From: a virus
Strand: one strand, 5' to 3'
Virus genome (UHGV): UHGV-0124283
Length of the DNA: 64,000 nt
Of the stretch, positions 63,690 through 64,000 are shown piece after piece (within the stretch, counting starts at the first letter, position 1; the number at the start of each line of letters is the position of its first letter). The translations under genes were made by a program, and so were the position numbers. Under the pieces are notes generated by a model. It was not told the origin of the DNA. It made no database searches and worked only from the letters and a program-made list of their open reading frames with translations.

Positions 63690-63985
63690 GTGTATATCTT
63701 ATTGATAAACGTCGACGTGGGCAACAAATACCACCTGTAGGAATTCCGAATCACACATGGTTTTGCGTACTTGATATCGATGGTATGGATGCGTTGGTTG
63801 ACACTCGTCATTACTGCGATACCGCAACAGCTACTCCGGCGAAAGCAAAGAAAATGGCTGCTCTGATAGAAAACTGGACTCCACCTGATGGTTGGTGCAA
63901 TGGGAATGATCGAGATTGGCATGAAAAAATGAAGGGCTATATCTGCGATTTCTTACGTAAATGCAACGGATTCAGGGTGATGTGA
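63686..63985 (+). CDS. hypothetical protein
   Basis: GTG 63686 six nt after AAAGGAGG, overlapping upstream stop. Confidence 0.35.
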   Translation: MSVYLIDKRRRGQQIPPVGIPNHTWFCVLDIDGMDALVDTRHYCDTATATPAKAKKMAALIENWTPPDGWCNGNDRDWHEKMKGYICDFLRKCNGFRVM

Positions 63986-64000
63986 CATGAACAAGATTGA

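Overview
Composite temperate-phage window, annotated by reading the six-frame translations and the DNA directly (no database searches were run; all family assignments are motif recognition or recall and should be confirmed). (1) 1-9387, + strand: a P2-like late/lysis/tail module in canonical order M-L-X-Y-K-lysA-lysB-lysC-R-S | V-W-J-I-H, interrupted between S and V by an AT-rich minus-strand moron encoding a RelA/SpoT-domain protein (CapRel-like fused toxSAS candidate). (2) 9393-64000: a P1-like phage-plasmid backbone: tail-fibre assembly and tail-fibre genes with two extra promoterless variable cassettes, a large transglycosylase-containing tape-measure protein, an AT-rich three-gene membrane/secreted operon, the immI-like c4/icd/ant region, kilA-repL, sheath/head-region genes, parS-parB-parA, incA iterons-repA-oriR, an overlapped spanin pair, RdgC-like hrdC, a bifunctional C5/N6 DNA methyltransferase split by an intein, tRNA-Asn, tRNA-Thr, a tRNA-like hairpin repeat array, TerB-like tciA, tRNA(CAU), DnaB-like ban, baseplate-region genes, lambda-type Ser/Thr phosphatase and a HAD phosphatase. 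At least seven copies of the P1 C1-operator consensus ATTGCTCTAATAAATTT are present. The two blocks meet inside tail-fibre homology (convergent stops 6 bp apart at 9387/9393). No integrase, invertase or transposase ORF is visible. Most notable candidates: the CapRel-like gene, the AT-rich three-gene operon next to immI, a GIY-YIG/T5orf172-like gene inserted between incA and parA, the intein at the catalytic PCQ motif of the methyltransferase, and the cix-like tail-fibre cassette arrangement.
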